Shown here piece after piece: positions 16,462-25,703 of a stretch of 64,000 nucleotides of DNA. Position numbers and translations under genes: made by a program. This stretch comes from an uncultured Actinomycetota bacterium (GTDB lineage Bacteria; Actinomycetota; Acidimicrobiia; Spongiisociales; UBA4744), in assembly GCA_963717135.1 (NCBI GenBank), contig CAVQVN010000005.1, positions 126,779 through 190,778 on the forward strand. The letters run 5' to 3'. Position 1 is the stretch's first letter, and each line of letters starts with the position of its first letter. Below the pieces are notes generated by a model. It ran no database searches. It saw only the letters and a list, made by a program, of their open reading frames with translations, and had not been told where the DNA came from.

Positions 16462-16482
16462 ACGCACTGCCAAGTCTCAAGG

Positions 16483-18846
16483 GTGGGTGGACCCCTTCCG
16501 ATAACGGTTCTGATGGCTTCGCCTCCCGCGCCCTCTGCCACGGTGGGATTGGAGCACCTGACTAACCGGGTGCTCAATCTTCGCATTGCTGCCTATGCGC
16601 TGACCACTGTTGGTTCGGTGATTGTGGCGACCGCATCCAACTCAGAACGCGCCGCCGTCCTGTCCCTACTGGCAGGCCTGGTTTTGATGTTCTCGGTCGC
16701 TCTGCGTGCATCATTCCGCGGAAGTCTCGAAGTGGTTTTGACGATCGATGCACTCGGGGCAGCAACCCTTTGGTGGATGTTCGGCTCGGTGGCCGCCGTC
16801 GATTTTGTGCTCTTCTATGTCGTTGCCACCGCGGCTCTCCTGCTCCCCAAAGCACCTGCCGTGAGGATCACCGGCATCCTGGTTTTGACGACGCTGATCC
16901 AGCTGGTGCTCCACTTGCCGGATGTTTCTCCAGCATTGCCGCTCTTCCACCTGCCTGAAGGTGGCACGCCAACCGAAGGGATCCTGTCGCGGGCGATCCT
17001 GGTGGTCGGAGCAGGCGTCATGTTCTTCACCATCGCCAGAACGATCCATCGGTCCCAGAAGGCGACCGTCGAGAGCGAGGAACGATTCCGCAATCTCGTC
17101 GAAGCTTCTCCCGATGCAATCCTGGTCCACAACGGATCGGCAATCCTCTTCGCCAATGAGTCGACCGCCGAGTTGGTTGGGGCCCTCAGCCCCACCGACC
17201 TGCTGGGCGCTCCACTCGAGTTCTTCATCCACCCTGACTCTCTCGAGTCTGCCCGGCGCGACATCGCCCGGGTCCTCCATGGCGAAACGGTGGAAGGGTC
17301 GAGGATGACGCTAATCCGCCTCGATGGAGCGGTAATCCATGTTGAGAACGTCTCCCGTCCCATCACCTACAGGTCAGAGCTCGCTTCCCAAGTGATCCTG
17401 CGGGATATCACCGACCACCATCTCGCCCATCAGGCGCTGCTCGAGAGCGAGGAACGCTACAGGAGCCTGTTTCAGGGCATCCCCACCCCCCTTTATCGCA
17501 CCACCCCGGACGGCCGGATCCTCGAAGCCAACGCCGCCCTGGTGTCGCTCCTCGGGTACCCGGATGAAGCCTCCCTTCTCGATCTGGAGGTTCGCGACGC
17601 CTACGCCCGGCCGTCGGACCGCACGGCCAGCCAGGAAATCCTCGAAAGGGAGGGCTCTCTCGAACACCATGAGCATGAGTTGGTACGCCACGATGGCACC
17701 CATATCTGGGTCAGCGACAGCTGCCGGATCGTCTCCGATTCCGACGGCGCGGTCCTGTACTACGAAGGAGCCATGGTCGACATCACCCAGCGCAAGCAAG
17801 CCGAGGACACGACCCGCCGCTTGATCCGTATCCTCGAGGCCACCCCGGACTTCGTGGCCATCGCCGATGAGCGGGGTCACTTCCAATATGCCAATCAGGC
17901 CGCCCGCAGTTTCGCCGGAGTCCCCGCCGACGGGGACGTTCGGGGCTTGAGAGTACGAGAGGTGCTGGCCATCGAAGAAGCAGAAACGATTGCAGACATC
18001 CTGCGAAGCGATGTCTGGAGCGGAATACTGGCGCTCCGACGTCCGGACGGGTCGCACACTCCCGCCTCGACGGTGGTAATCAACCACCGCGACGAACAAG
18101 GCAATATCGAATACTTCTCGGCAGTGGCTCGCGACATCTCCGAGCGAATTGCGGCAGAGGCACGGCTGGAACAGTTGGTTCGTTCCAAGGACGATTTTGT
18201 CGCCTCCGTCTCGCACGAGCTGCGTACGCCACTCACCGCAGTCGTCGGGCTCACTCAAGAACTGCGGGATGGGTGGAATCGTTTCACAACCGAGGAAACG
18301 ACCGAGTTCGTCTCGCTCATCGCCGACCAAAGCGCCGAAGTCGCCAACATCGTCGAGGACTTGCTCGTTGCGGCGCGCGCCGATATCGGCAAGATTGCCA
18401 TCTGCACGATGGAAACCCATGTTGGTCAGCAAATCGATGCGGTTCTGGCCGCCCTTGGCATGAACGACAGCACCAGGATCACCGTCCGATCCGGAGAAGA
18501 CGACCGGGCCCTGGCCGACGCCACCCGGGTACGACAAATCATCCGCAACCTTCTCACCAACGCATACAGGTACGGTGGAAACAAGATCGAACTATCGGTG
18601 CACCGCAATGATGGCACGGTGCTGGTCACCGTCGCAGACGACGGACCGGGAGTGCCGGTCGAACGCCGCGAGTCAATCTTCGAACCCTACGAACGCGCTC
18701 ACACCGTGAGTACCCAACCTGCTTCAGTCGGACTGGGGTTGACAGTCTCGCGCCAACTCGCCCGATTGATGGGCGGCGACCTGACCTATACAGCCGGGTC
18801 GAGTGGAAGCTCCTTCGAGCTTTCGCTGCCCGCCTACTCTGAATAG
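16483..18846 (+). CDS. membrane-anchored multi-PAS sensor histidine kinase
   Basis: 787 aa with N-terminal TM helices and repeated PAS-like segments. H-box SHELRTPLTAV, N-box NLLTNAYRYGG, G-boxes DDGPGVP and GLGLTVS. No response regulator is adjacent. Confidence 0.9.
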   Translation: MGGPLPITVLMASPPAPSATVGLEHLTNRVLNLRIAAYALTTVGSVIVATASNSERAAVLSLLAGLVLMFSVALRASFRGSLEVVLTIDALGAATLWWMFGSVAAVDFVLFYVVATAALLLPKAPAVRITGILVLTTLIQLVLHLPDVSPALPLFHLPEGGTPTEGILSRAILVVGAGVMFFTIARTIHRSQKATVESEERFRNLVEASPDAILVHNGSAILFANESTAELVGALSPTDLLGAPLEFFIHPDSLESARRDIARVLHGETVEGSRMTLIRLDGAVIHVENVSRPITYRSELASQVILRDITDHHLAHQALLESEERYRSLFQGIPTPLYRTTPDGRILEANAALVSLLGYPDEASLLDLEVRDAYARPSDRTASQEILEREGSLEHHEHELVRHDGTHIWVSDSCRIVSDSDGAVLYYEGAMVDITQRKQAEDTTRRLIRILEATPDFVAIADERGHFQYANQAARSFAGVPADGDVRGLRVREVLAIEEAETIADILRSDVWSGILALRRPDGSHTPASTVVINHRDEQGNIEYFSAVARDISERIAAEARLEQLVRSKDDFVASVSHELRTPLTAVVGLTQELRDGWNRFTTEETTEFVSLIADQSAEVANIVEDLLVAARADIGKIAICTMETHVGQQIDAVLAALGMNDSTRITVRSGEDDRALADATRVRQIIRNLLTNAYRYGGNKIELSVHRNDGTVLVTVADDGPGVPVERRESIFEPYERAHTVSTQPASVGLGLTVSRQLARLMGGDLTYTAGSSGSSFELSLPAYSE

Positions 18847-19068
18847 CTACGAGCTGCGGGCCGTCTTGTGAATGGGCCGCAGCATCGCACCGGACAATGA
18901 GCTGACATGCCCGTCGTCCCAGAGCACCTCGACGTTGTCACCATGGACTTTGATCACCTTGCCGGTACGACCCGTCTGACCGACCTTCTTCGTGAGTTCA
19001 CGAACGTGCATTCCACTCCGCAACACGCTGGTCACCTCCTGGATCGAAGTATACGGAAAGAGAGTCAT
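18847..19068 (-). CDS. small SH3-like (DUF1918-like?) protein; start uncertain (ATG 19068 or 19011)
   Basis: GQTGRTGKVIKVHGDNVEVLWDDGHVSSLSGAML resembles small beta-barrel proteins. GGAG lies 4 nt before the internal ATG 19011. The stop abuts the kinase stop (TAGCTA). Confidence 0.4.
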   Translation of the reverse strand: MTLFPYTSIQEVTSVLRSGMHVRELTKKVGQTGRTGKVIKVHGDNVEVLWDDGHVSSLSGAMLRPIHKTARSS

Positions 19069-19120
19069 CAGTCGTCAGTCATCAGTCGTCAGTCGTCAGT
19101 CGTCAGTCGTCAGTCTGAAG
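19065..19120. repeat. heptad array, 8 units: TCATCAG TCGTCAG TCATCAG (TCGTCAG)x4 TCTGAAG
   Basis: Cleanest tandem heptamer array in the window; read directly. Confidence 0.95.
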
Positions 19121-19178
19121 ACCGATAGGAATGCCGCAGGCAGACCGACTGACAACTCAAGGGGCGGACCGCCGACAG

Positions 19179-21302
19179 CTACTCGTCGTCCTCCGGTGGC
19201 TCGACGATCGGGATCTCTGCCGTTGGTTCGTCACCGGTGGCGTTGAGCCGGTCGATAACCGTCCGATGGGCTGCCGGCGTACCAAACGCGGTCAACACAT
19301 CGTCCCGGACCACCTTGGTGTTGCCGGTGGGAACGTAGACCACCCGGCCCCGGCGCACGGACACAATCGTACAACCCTCCGGCCAACTGACCTCCCGGAG
19401 GAACTTGCCGTCCGCCATCGACCCGGGCGGAATCCGAAAATCAAAGAACTCGGCTCCGGGATGGGTACGCCGTCGCAATCGGTCGCGAGCCAATTCGTGG
19501 TGGGTCTTCTGGCTCAAAGCGCGGTGATAGGCACGCACTGCGTCCTCCCGCCGGAACATTCCCACTACCCGGGAAACGTCATCCTGTGCGACCACCGGCA
19601 GGCGCCCTACCCCGAGAGCGGCCATTCGCTCGAGCGCCATGCTGACCGGGGTATTTGGCGACACCGTTACCGGACGGCGGGTCATCACCTCGGCCACTTT
19701 GATCGAATCGGGCGGCCCATGAGCCCGCAGCACGTCGTTGATGCTGACGATGCCGACCAGCCGGTCGTTCTCGTCGAGCACTGCGGCCCCATGCCGCCGG
19801 CCCCTATCGAGAATCTCCTGAACCTGGCGTATCGGCATGCCCACCGGCACCGTCAGGGGATTGAGCGACATGACGTCGCCGACTTTCACCGTATCGAGCA
19901 CGTCCACCTCACTCGATCTCACCAGTTGGATCCCTCGCTTGGCGAGTGGCAACGTGTACACAGATTCGGGGTGGATCACGTCGGTGATCAAGGTGGCCAA
20001 TACGACGGCCAGCATCAGAGGCAGTACCAGACCGTAGTCCTGAGTGATCTCAAAGACGATGAGAATCGCAGTGAGCGGCGCTCTGGCCACCGCCGCGAAA
20101 GTCGCGGCCATCCCGACCACCGCGAAAGCGCCGGGTCGCAGTGGGGAAATACTGGATGGCCAGACCAGAGAGACCAGCTCGCCGTAGGCGGCTCCGAGCG
20201 TCGCACCGATGAACAAGCTCGGCATGAACGCGCCACCGGACGCACCCGAGCCGATGGTCACCGACGTGGCGACGATCTTCATGACTGCCAGGAGCAGCAA
20301 GATCCACCACAACTCCTGCCCGAGCAAGCTGAAGTCCAGCACCTCGGCGACAAAAGCCTGACCGGTGGACAGAATGTTGGGCTCAAATACGCCGATTCCG
20401 GCGACGAGTAACCCGGCGACCACCGGTCGTAGCCACCCACGTTTTCCAAGCCGCTCGCCCAGATTCTCGGTCAAATGAAGCATTTTGAGAAGGCCGTATC
20501 CGGCGATGACGGCCAGCAACCCGACTCCGGCGTACAACAACAATTCGCGGGGATCGATGACGCCGTATCGGGGCGCTCGCAACAGTTCTTCGGATCCGAC
20601 CAGGCTTTCGTTGGTTACAGCCGCGGCCACGGAAGCCACCACCACTGCACTGAGATGCCGTACCGAGAAAGTCCGCAGCATTACTTCCATCGCGAAGAGC
20701 ATCCCGGCTATGGGGGCGTTGAAGCTGGCGCCGATCGCCGCCCCGGCGCCGGCGGCGACCAGGCTTCTGATCTTGTCCTCACCCAAACCGGTTCGGCGGG
20801 CGACCGATGATCCTATCGTTGCTCCGATCTGGACTATCGGTCCCTCTCTTCCGGCCGAACCTCCCCCGCCGAGGGTGAAAGCGGTCGCCAGGATCTTGAG
20901 TGGTATGGAGCGTGTGGGCAGATATCCGGCGTGGACGGCCAGTCCAATGGTTGCTTCGGGTACACCGTCCCCCGCTACCTCGGGGGCGAGCTTGGCGCCC
21001 ACCCACCAGGCTGCCAGCAGACCAAGAGGAACACTCGCCAGAACGGCATACCGGCCGGCACCGGTGCTCTCGGCAGCCCAATCGAAACCGTCGCCAACCC
21101 ATTCGATCGCCCAGATGAGCAACGCAGCGCCGGCACCGACCAGGACACCCACCAGCAGCGACAGGCCCAGAAACCGGGCAGTCTCGAATTGAGCCGAGGC
21201 GAATCTCCTGGAATGCTCTTCACGAAGTTTCTCTGTGGCCATGGTCACCCGAGGCAGAAGACGGTGATCGACCAACTTAGTACTCCCCAGAAGGACAACC
21301 AC
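19179..21302 (-). CDS. ClC-family chloride channel/antiporter with CBS pair and RCK_C (TrkA-C) domain
   Basis: GSAGREGPIVQIG and GGAFMPSLFIG selectivity motifs. Two CBS repeats, then a C-terminal TrkA-C-like segment. Alternative start at ATG 21242. Confidence 0.9.
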   Translation of the reverse strand: MVVLLGSTKLVDHRLLPRVTMATEKLREEHSRRFASAQFETARFLGLSLLVGVLVGAGAALLIWAIEWVGDGFDWAAESTGAGRYAVLASVPLGLLAAWWVGAKLAPEVAGDGVPEATIGLAVHAGYLPTRSIPLKILATAFTLGGGGSAGREGPIVQIGATIGSSVARRTGLGEDKIRSLVAAGAGAAIGASFNAPIAGMLFAMEVMLRTFSVRHLSAVVVASVAAAVTNESLVGSEELLRAPRYGVIDPRELLLYAGVGLLAVIAGYGLLKMLHLTENLGERLGKRGWLRPVVAGLLVAGIGVFEPNILSTGQAFVAEVLDFSLLGQELWWILLLLAVMKIVATSVTIGSGASGGAFMPSLFIGATLGAAYGELVSLVWPSSISPLRPGAFAVVGMAATFAAVARAPLTAILIVFEITQDYGLVLPLMLAVVLATLITDVIHPESVYTLPLAKRGIQLVRSSEVDVLDTVKVGDVMSLNPLTVPVGMPIRQVQEILDRGRRHGAAVLDENDRLVGIVSINDVLRAHGPPDSIKVAEVMTRRPVTVSPNTPVSMALERMAALGVGRLPVVAQDDVSRVVGMFRREDAVRAYHRALSQKTHHELARDRLRRRTHPGAEFFDFRIPPGSMADGKFLREVSWPEGCTIVSVRRGRVVYVPTGNTKVVRDDVLTAFGTPAAHRTVIDRLNATGDEPTAEIPIVEPPEDDE

Positions 21303-21349
21303 CGCGGTCGGGTTTACCCTAGATCCGACTCCAAGGAGGTCAATGGATC

Positions 21350-21826
21350 ATGAGCGACACCGACCTGCATCCGGCCGTGCAACCCCTGGCCTTTTTACTC
21401 GGCCGCTGGAAGGGTGAAGGCAAGGGCCAATACCCCTCCATTGAACCGTTTTCCTACGGCGAAGAGATCGAGTTCTCCCACAACGGCAGGCCATTCCTTT
21501 TCTACCTGCAAAGAACCTGGAATCTCTCCGACGGGTACCCGATGCATTCGGAAACCGGGTACGTACGACCCGTGGCTGAGAGCCAGATTGAAATGGTGCT
21601 CGCTCAGCCGAGCGGCATCACCGAGATTCTCGCCGGCACTCATTCAGGTTCGAATATCGAATTGGCCAGCACCCTGGTAGGGGTCAGCCCGACGGCCAAG
21701 CAGGTTTCCGCCGTCAGGAGGATCATTGAAGTGACTGGAAAGGCCCTCAACTACACATTGGACATGGCCGCGGTCGGCCAGGAGATGAGCATTCATCTAC
21801 GAGCTCAGCTGGAGAAGGTGGATTGA
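21350..21826 (+). CDS. nitrobindin / FABP-family beta-barrel protein (DUF1794)
   Basis: 158 aa. LAFLLGRWKGEGKGQYPSIEPFSYGEEIEFSHNGRPFLFY is characteristic. AAGGAGG upstream. Confidence 0.8.
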   Translation: MSDTDLHPAVQPLAFLLGRWKGEGKGQYPSIEPFSYGEEIEFSHNGRPFLFYLQRTWNLSDGYPMHSETGYVRPVAESQIEMVLAQPSGITEILAGTHSGSNIELASTLVGVSPTAKQVSAVRRIIEVTGKALNYTLDMAAVGQEMSIHLRAQLEKVD

Positions 21827-21945
21827 AGCCATCCCCCCCACCCCGACGAGGAAAGCGAGTCGGGAGGGGGAAATAGACTAGAAACGAGAAACGCATCTTC
21901 CGCCTGACCTCCATCACCGCCCTGGCACGAACCATCAACCCGCGA

Positions 21946-22743
21946 TTGCGCACTCACCAGTTCCACCTGGCGGTCGCAACTCTCGGCGGTTTGATCGTCC
22001 TGGCACTGGAGGTTGAGCGGACCGGTTCGATGTCCGAAGCCGCGCGGCCGGCGTTCAATGCCGCGGTGACCGTGTTCCTGGCCTGGGCAATCGCCCGCGA
22101 AATCGATCCCGACGAGACCCGCACCGCCAATCTGGCCGCCGTCCTGGCAGTAGGCGGACGGTGGCTGACCGGACCCGGCCATCTGGCCGCCCTCGTCATG
22201 TTGCTGCTGGCCACCCGGATTGTGCTGCGCAGCACCGGACTGGCCCCGACCATCCTCGATAGCTTCGTTTTCTTGCCGTTGGCGGCGTTCATTGCCAGCC
22301 AGTCGGTGACGGGATGGATAGCGGCACTGGTTCTCGCCTATGCGGTCGCCCGTGACCACCGACTCCCCGGTCCCGCCGGGTCCCGCAGCCTGATCGCCGC
22401 CTTCGTCATATCGGCAACCGCCTCGGGCGGTGTTATCGCCACCGGCGCATTCGGGTCGGTTTGGTCGGTGCCCGAAGCGCTTCCCCTCGGATTGTCTGCG
22501 GCGGGCTTGGTTGCCGGGCTGGCGCTGCCCGGCTACGTGCCCATGTCGAAATCGGACTACACCGGCGAGATGCTGGATTTCTTCCGGCTGCGCTCGGCCC
22601 GCTGGATCCTGCTGGGCGGGTCTTTGCTGGCAGTCGTGGTGGCCGGAGGAGCGGCCGCCGCCGGTCTCAGCGCGGTGTGGGCGGTTTTGGTGGCAGCTAC
22701 CCTGATAGCCCGTCGATTGGTCCCGGCCTTTGGCCCGGCGTAA
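21946..22743 (+). CDS. hypothetical polytopic membrane protein
   Basis: 265 aa, hydrophobic throughout, TTG start. I recognise no family. Confidence 0.5.
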   Translation: MRTHQFHLAVATLGGLIVLALEVERTGSMSEAARPAFNAAVTVFLAWAIAREIDPDETRTANLAAVLAVGGRWLTGPGHLAALVMLLLATRIVLRSTGLAPTILDSFVFLPLAAFIASQSVTGWIAALVLAYAVARDHRLPGPAGSRSLIAAFVISATASGGVIATGAFGSVWSVPEALPLGLSAAGLVAGLALPGYVPMSKSDYTGEMLDFFRLRSARWILLGGSLLAVVVAGGAAAAGLSAVWAVLVAATLIARRLVPAFGPA

Positions 22744-22785
22744 TCAACCCTCGTCCGGCGGCACCGAGTAGACCAAATGACCCAT

Positions 22786-23901
22786 TCAGCAAAGAGATGT
22801 CTCGAAGCGGACGCCCATGCCGGGTTCGAAGAAATGCAGGTGCTGTGAGTCAACCACCAACTCGATCAAATTGCCCGGCACCGGGAGCCGGTCAGCATGA
22901 AGGTGGGCTTTGACCCGCCAGCCGCCGACCAGCGCCCACACACTGGCATAGGAACCGACGTCCTCAACCCGGTCGACTTTGCCGTGCAGACAGGACGCAA
23001 AAGGCGTCCCCGGCGGGGCGATAGCGAGATGCTCGGGACGGATTCCGACCACGACCTCACGACCGAGGTGCTGGTCGAGTCCCGGTCGGTCGGCAACAAC
23101 CGAGGTATCGAGCCGGAACCGATCGTTTCCCAGCGGCAACCACCACCCGTCACCATCTCGCTCGAGTTGCACCCTCGTGTGGTTCAGTTCTCCCACAAAG
23201 TCGGCAACGAACAGCGACTGAGGATGGCGATAGATCTCCCGGGGAGAGCCCACTTGCCGCAAGGTCCCCCTTTCATCGAGGAGGGCGATCCGGTCCCCGA
23301 GTGCCATTGCCTCCTGCTGTTCGTTGGTCACGTAGACCGTGGTGGTCCCCAACTCCTCCTGGTATCTGGCTATCTCCAATCGGGTCCTTTGCCGGATCTT
23401 CGCGTCTAGCAGCGCCAGCGGCTCATCCATCAGCAACACCCGGCTCTCCCGCACCAGAGCCCGGGCCGTGGCCACCGAATGGCGGTGACCGGCAGAAAGC
23501 TCGCCCGGCATCTTCCCCAGCAGCGCTCTGATCCCGATTTGGGCGGCGGCCTCCTCGACCACCCGGTCACTGTCCTCTTTCGATACCTTGCGCCGGGCAA
23601 GCGGGAATCTGATGTTCTCCCGGGCGCTGAGGTGCGTGTACAGGGCGCCATCCTGTTGCACCAGCGCGACATTCCGCTCGCGGGTCGAAATATCGGTCAC
23701 GTCTTCGCCATCAAAGAGGATCCGGCCCCTGGTCGGTGTCTCGAGACCGGCAATGAGTCGGAGGAGGGTCGATTTCCCGCTGCCGGACGGTCCCAGCAAG
23801 ACCATCAGCTCTCCTGCCCCAATGTTCAGATTGAAGCCATCCAGCACCGTCGTATCCCGGGCGAATACCTTCGTAACATCATCCAGGGTCACCGATGTCA
23901 C
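22786..23901 (-). CDS. MalK/UgpC-like ABC ATPase with degenerate catalytic motifs, no permease partner nearby
   Basis: Walker A GPSGSGKST and Walker B VLLMDEP are present. The signature is LSAGHRHSVA (canonical LSGGQRQRVA) and the H-loop is YVTNEQ (canonical YVTHDQ). C-terminal OB/TOBE-like domain. GTG start overlaps the pabBC stop (GTGA). Confidence 0.8.
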   Translation of the reverse strand: MTSVTLDDVTKVFARDTTVLDGFNLNIGAGELMVLLGPSGSGKSTLLRLIAGLETPTRGRILFDGEDVTDISTRERNVALVQQDGALYTHLSARENIRFPLARRKVSKEDSDRVVEEAAAQIGIRALLGKMPGELSAGHRHSVATARALVRESRVLLMDEPLALLDAKIRQRTRLEIARYQEELGTTTVYVTNEQQEAMALGDRIALLDERGTLRQVGSPREIYRHPQSLFVADFVGELNHTRVQLERDGDGWWLPLGNDRFRLDTSVVADRPGLDQHLGREVVVGIRPEHLAIAPPGTPFASCLHGKVDRVEDVGSYASVWALVGGWRVKAHLHADRLPVPGNLIELVVDSQHLHFFEPGMGVRFETSLC

Positions 23902-25676
23902 GAGAATCTTCCTTCGCGGATCGGCACGGCTGTCGGATTGGCGAGCACGGCAGGGACCCTGAGTCGAACCGCGTTGATGAGCTCTAATCCTTCAGCTCGA
24001 GCCAAATCAGACACAAGGACGGGAGCCTCCTCGATTTCCCCGGCTTCCAAGAGAACCCGCCGCATCACCCCGGGGAGACACCCCGACGCTACTGGAGGGG
24101 TCAACCATTTTCCGTCGAGACGCACGATGACATTGGCAATCGTCGACTCGGTTATCTGACCATTGAGGTTGACCATCAGCACGTCGTCGGCGTCCGGGTG
24201 GCGAAGCCGTGCCTCCTGGTAGCGCCGGCGCATGGACGTCTTGTGGAACAAGCGCCAATCTGAAGGATCGACCGGGAGATGATCGACTGCCACCCGGAGC
24301 GGCTTGTCGGCTTCGACGATGCGGCCGGTCTCGATGTTTGGCTGCCCGCGCTCACCAATTGACAGCCTCACTCGCATCGGGACTTCTGGGAAATCACCGG
24401 CGGTGGCCTGCAATTGCTCTTCAATCCGCGCTCGGTCGAATTCGAAACCGCAGTAATCGGCCGAGTCTTGTAATCGATCCAAATGCTCGTTGAGAAACCA
24501 GTACCCCCGATCGTATTCCCAACGCATCGTCTCGATGAGCACAAAATCCGCCGCCTTCCGGATCAGCACTCGAGCCTTGGCACGGGTCTCCTCGTATTCC
24601 TGATCGATTAGGGAACCGTGAGTGATGCCGCCCCCTACCCCATAAGAGGCGGTGCCGATCTCCCCGTCGATGGTGACTGTACGAATTGCCACGCTGAACG
24701 AAGCAGCAGGGGCGTCCACTCCCGGTGGTGCCAGCATCCCGATCGCTCCGCAATAAACACCACGAGGGGTCGACTCGAGTTCGGCAATGATCTCCATCGT
24801 TCTGACCTTGGGTGCTCCGGTCACCGATCCACACGGAAAGAGGGCCCGGAACAAGTCGACAATGCCGATACCAGGTCGGATTTCGGCCGAAACGGTGGAG
24901 ACGAGCTGCCAGACCGTCTCGTACTGCTCTGCCTGAAAAAGCTCATCCACGTGGACCGTTCCGAAGCGAGCTACCCGGCCCAAATCATTCCTGATGAGGT
25001 CAACGATCATGACGTTTTCGGCCCGCTCTTTCTCGGAATCGAGCAGCGCCGCCAGCAGAGCTCGGTCCTCCTCCGGCCATCGACCGCGAGCCGAAGTTCC
25101 TTTCATCGGCCGGCACATGATGGTGTTGCCTCGCTGACGGAAGAACAACTCCGGTGATGCGCTCAGTATCTGGAAGCGTCCGATGTCGAGGTAGGCACTG
25201 TATGACGCCGACTGGGCAGTGAGCAGATCTGCATAGAAGGCCTGGGGATCGCCACTGAACTGAGCCGACTGCCTATAGGTGTAGTTGACCTGATAGGTAT
25301 CGCCGGCCTGAATGTACGACTGGATTCGACGCAATGATTGCTCGTATCTCTCCGGTCGCTCGACTCCTGCCCAGGGAGTGAGCTCGTACCGGCCGGTGCG
25401 GACCGGTCCTGGTTCCACTCGATCGTCGTACAGAGCGAACCACAGAAGTGGAAGGGCGGGGGCAGTATCGCCCAGCCGGACGGTCAGCACGTCGTCAAAA
25501 GCCTGCGCCGCCTCGTAGGACACGAAACCTGCGGCCCATTGGCCACCCGCAACTGCGGCCTGGATGAATTCGAAAGCCGGGATCACCTGATCGATGGAGT
25601 GCGCTTCGACGACCTCTCGTAACCCGCGAAACTCATAGCTCTCACCGCGCCGCCGATCGTCAAAACGAATCTCCAT
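23898..25676 (-). CDS. pabB: aminodeoxychorismate synthase component I fused to aminodeoxychorismate lyase (PabB-PabC)
   Basis: 592 aa. Chorismate-binding domain (CRPMKGTSARG, GSVTGAPK), then a class-IV aminotransferase-like C-terminal domain. Confidence 0.85.
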   Translation of the reverse strand: MEIRFDDRRRGESYEFRGLREVVEAHSIDQVIPAFEFIQAAVAGGQWAAGFVSYEAAQAFDDVLTVRLGDTAPALPLLWFALYDDRVEPGPVRTGRYELTPWAGVERPERYEQSLRRIQSYIQAGDTYQVNYTYRQSAQFSGDPQAFYADLLTAQSASYSAYLDIGRFQILSASPELFFRQRGNTIMCRPMKGTSARGRWPEEDRALLAALLDSEKERAENVMIVDLIRNDLGRVARFGTVHVDELFQAEQYETVWQLVSTVSAEIRPGIGIVDLFRALFPCGSVTGAPKVRTMEIIAELESTPRGVYCGAIGMLAPPGVDAPAASFSVAIRTVTIDGEIGTASYGVGGGITHGSLIDQEYEETRAKARVLIRKAADFVLIETMRWEYDRGYWFLNEHLDRLQDSADYCGFEFDRARIEEQLQATAGDFPEVPMRVRLSIGERGQPNIETGRIVEADKPLRVAVDHLPVDPSDWRLFHKTSMRRRYQEARLRHPDADDVLMVNLNGQITESTIANVIVRLDGKWLTPPVASGCLPGVMRRVLLEAGEIEEAPVLVSDLARAEGLELINAVRLRVPAVLANPTAVPIREGRFS

Positions 25677-25703
25677 GAGCGATGCGCGGTGTGTCGGGCC
25701 GGC

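Noticed and set aside
18844-18849. Abutting convergent stop codons (TAGCTA) of the kinase and the small ORF as a special signal
   Set aside because: This is most simply a coincidence of tight packing. The small ORF itself is of uncertain reality.
21303-21349. Fluoride riboswitch upstream of the ClC gene
   Set aside because: Only 47 nt separate the divergent starts, which is too short for the element. The ClC has CBS/RCK domains rather than the short ClC-F architecture.
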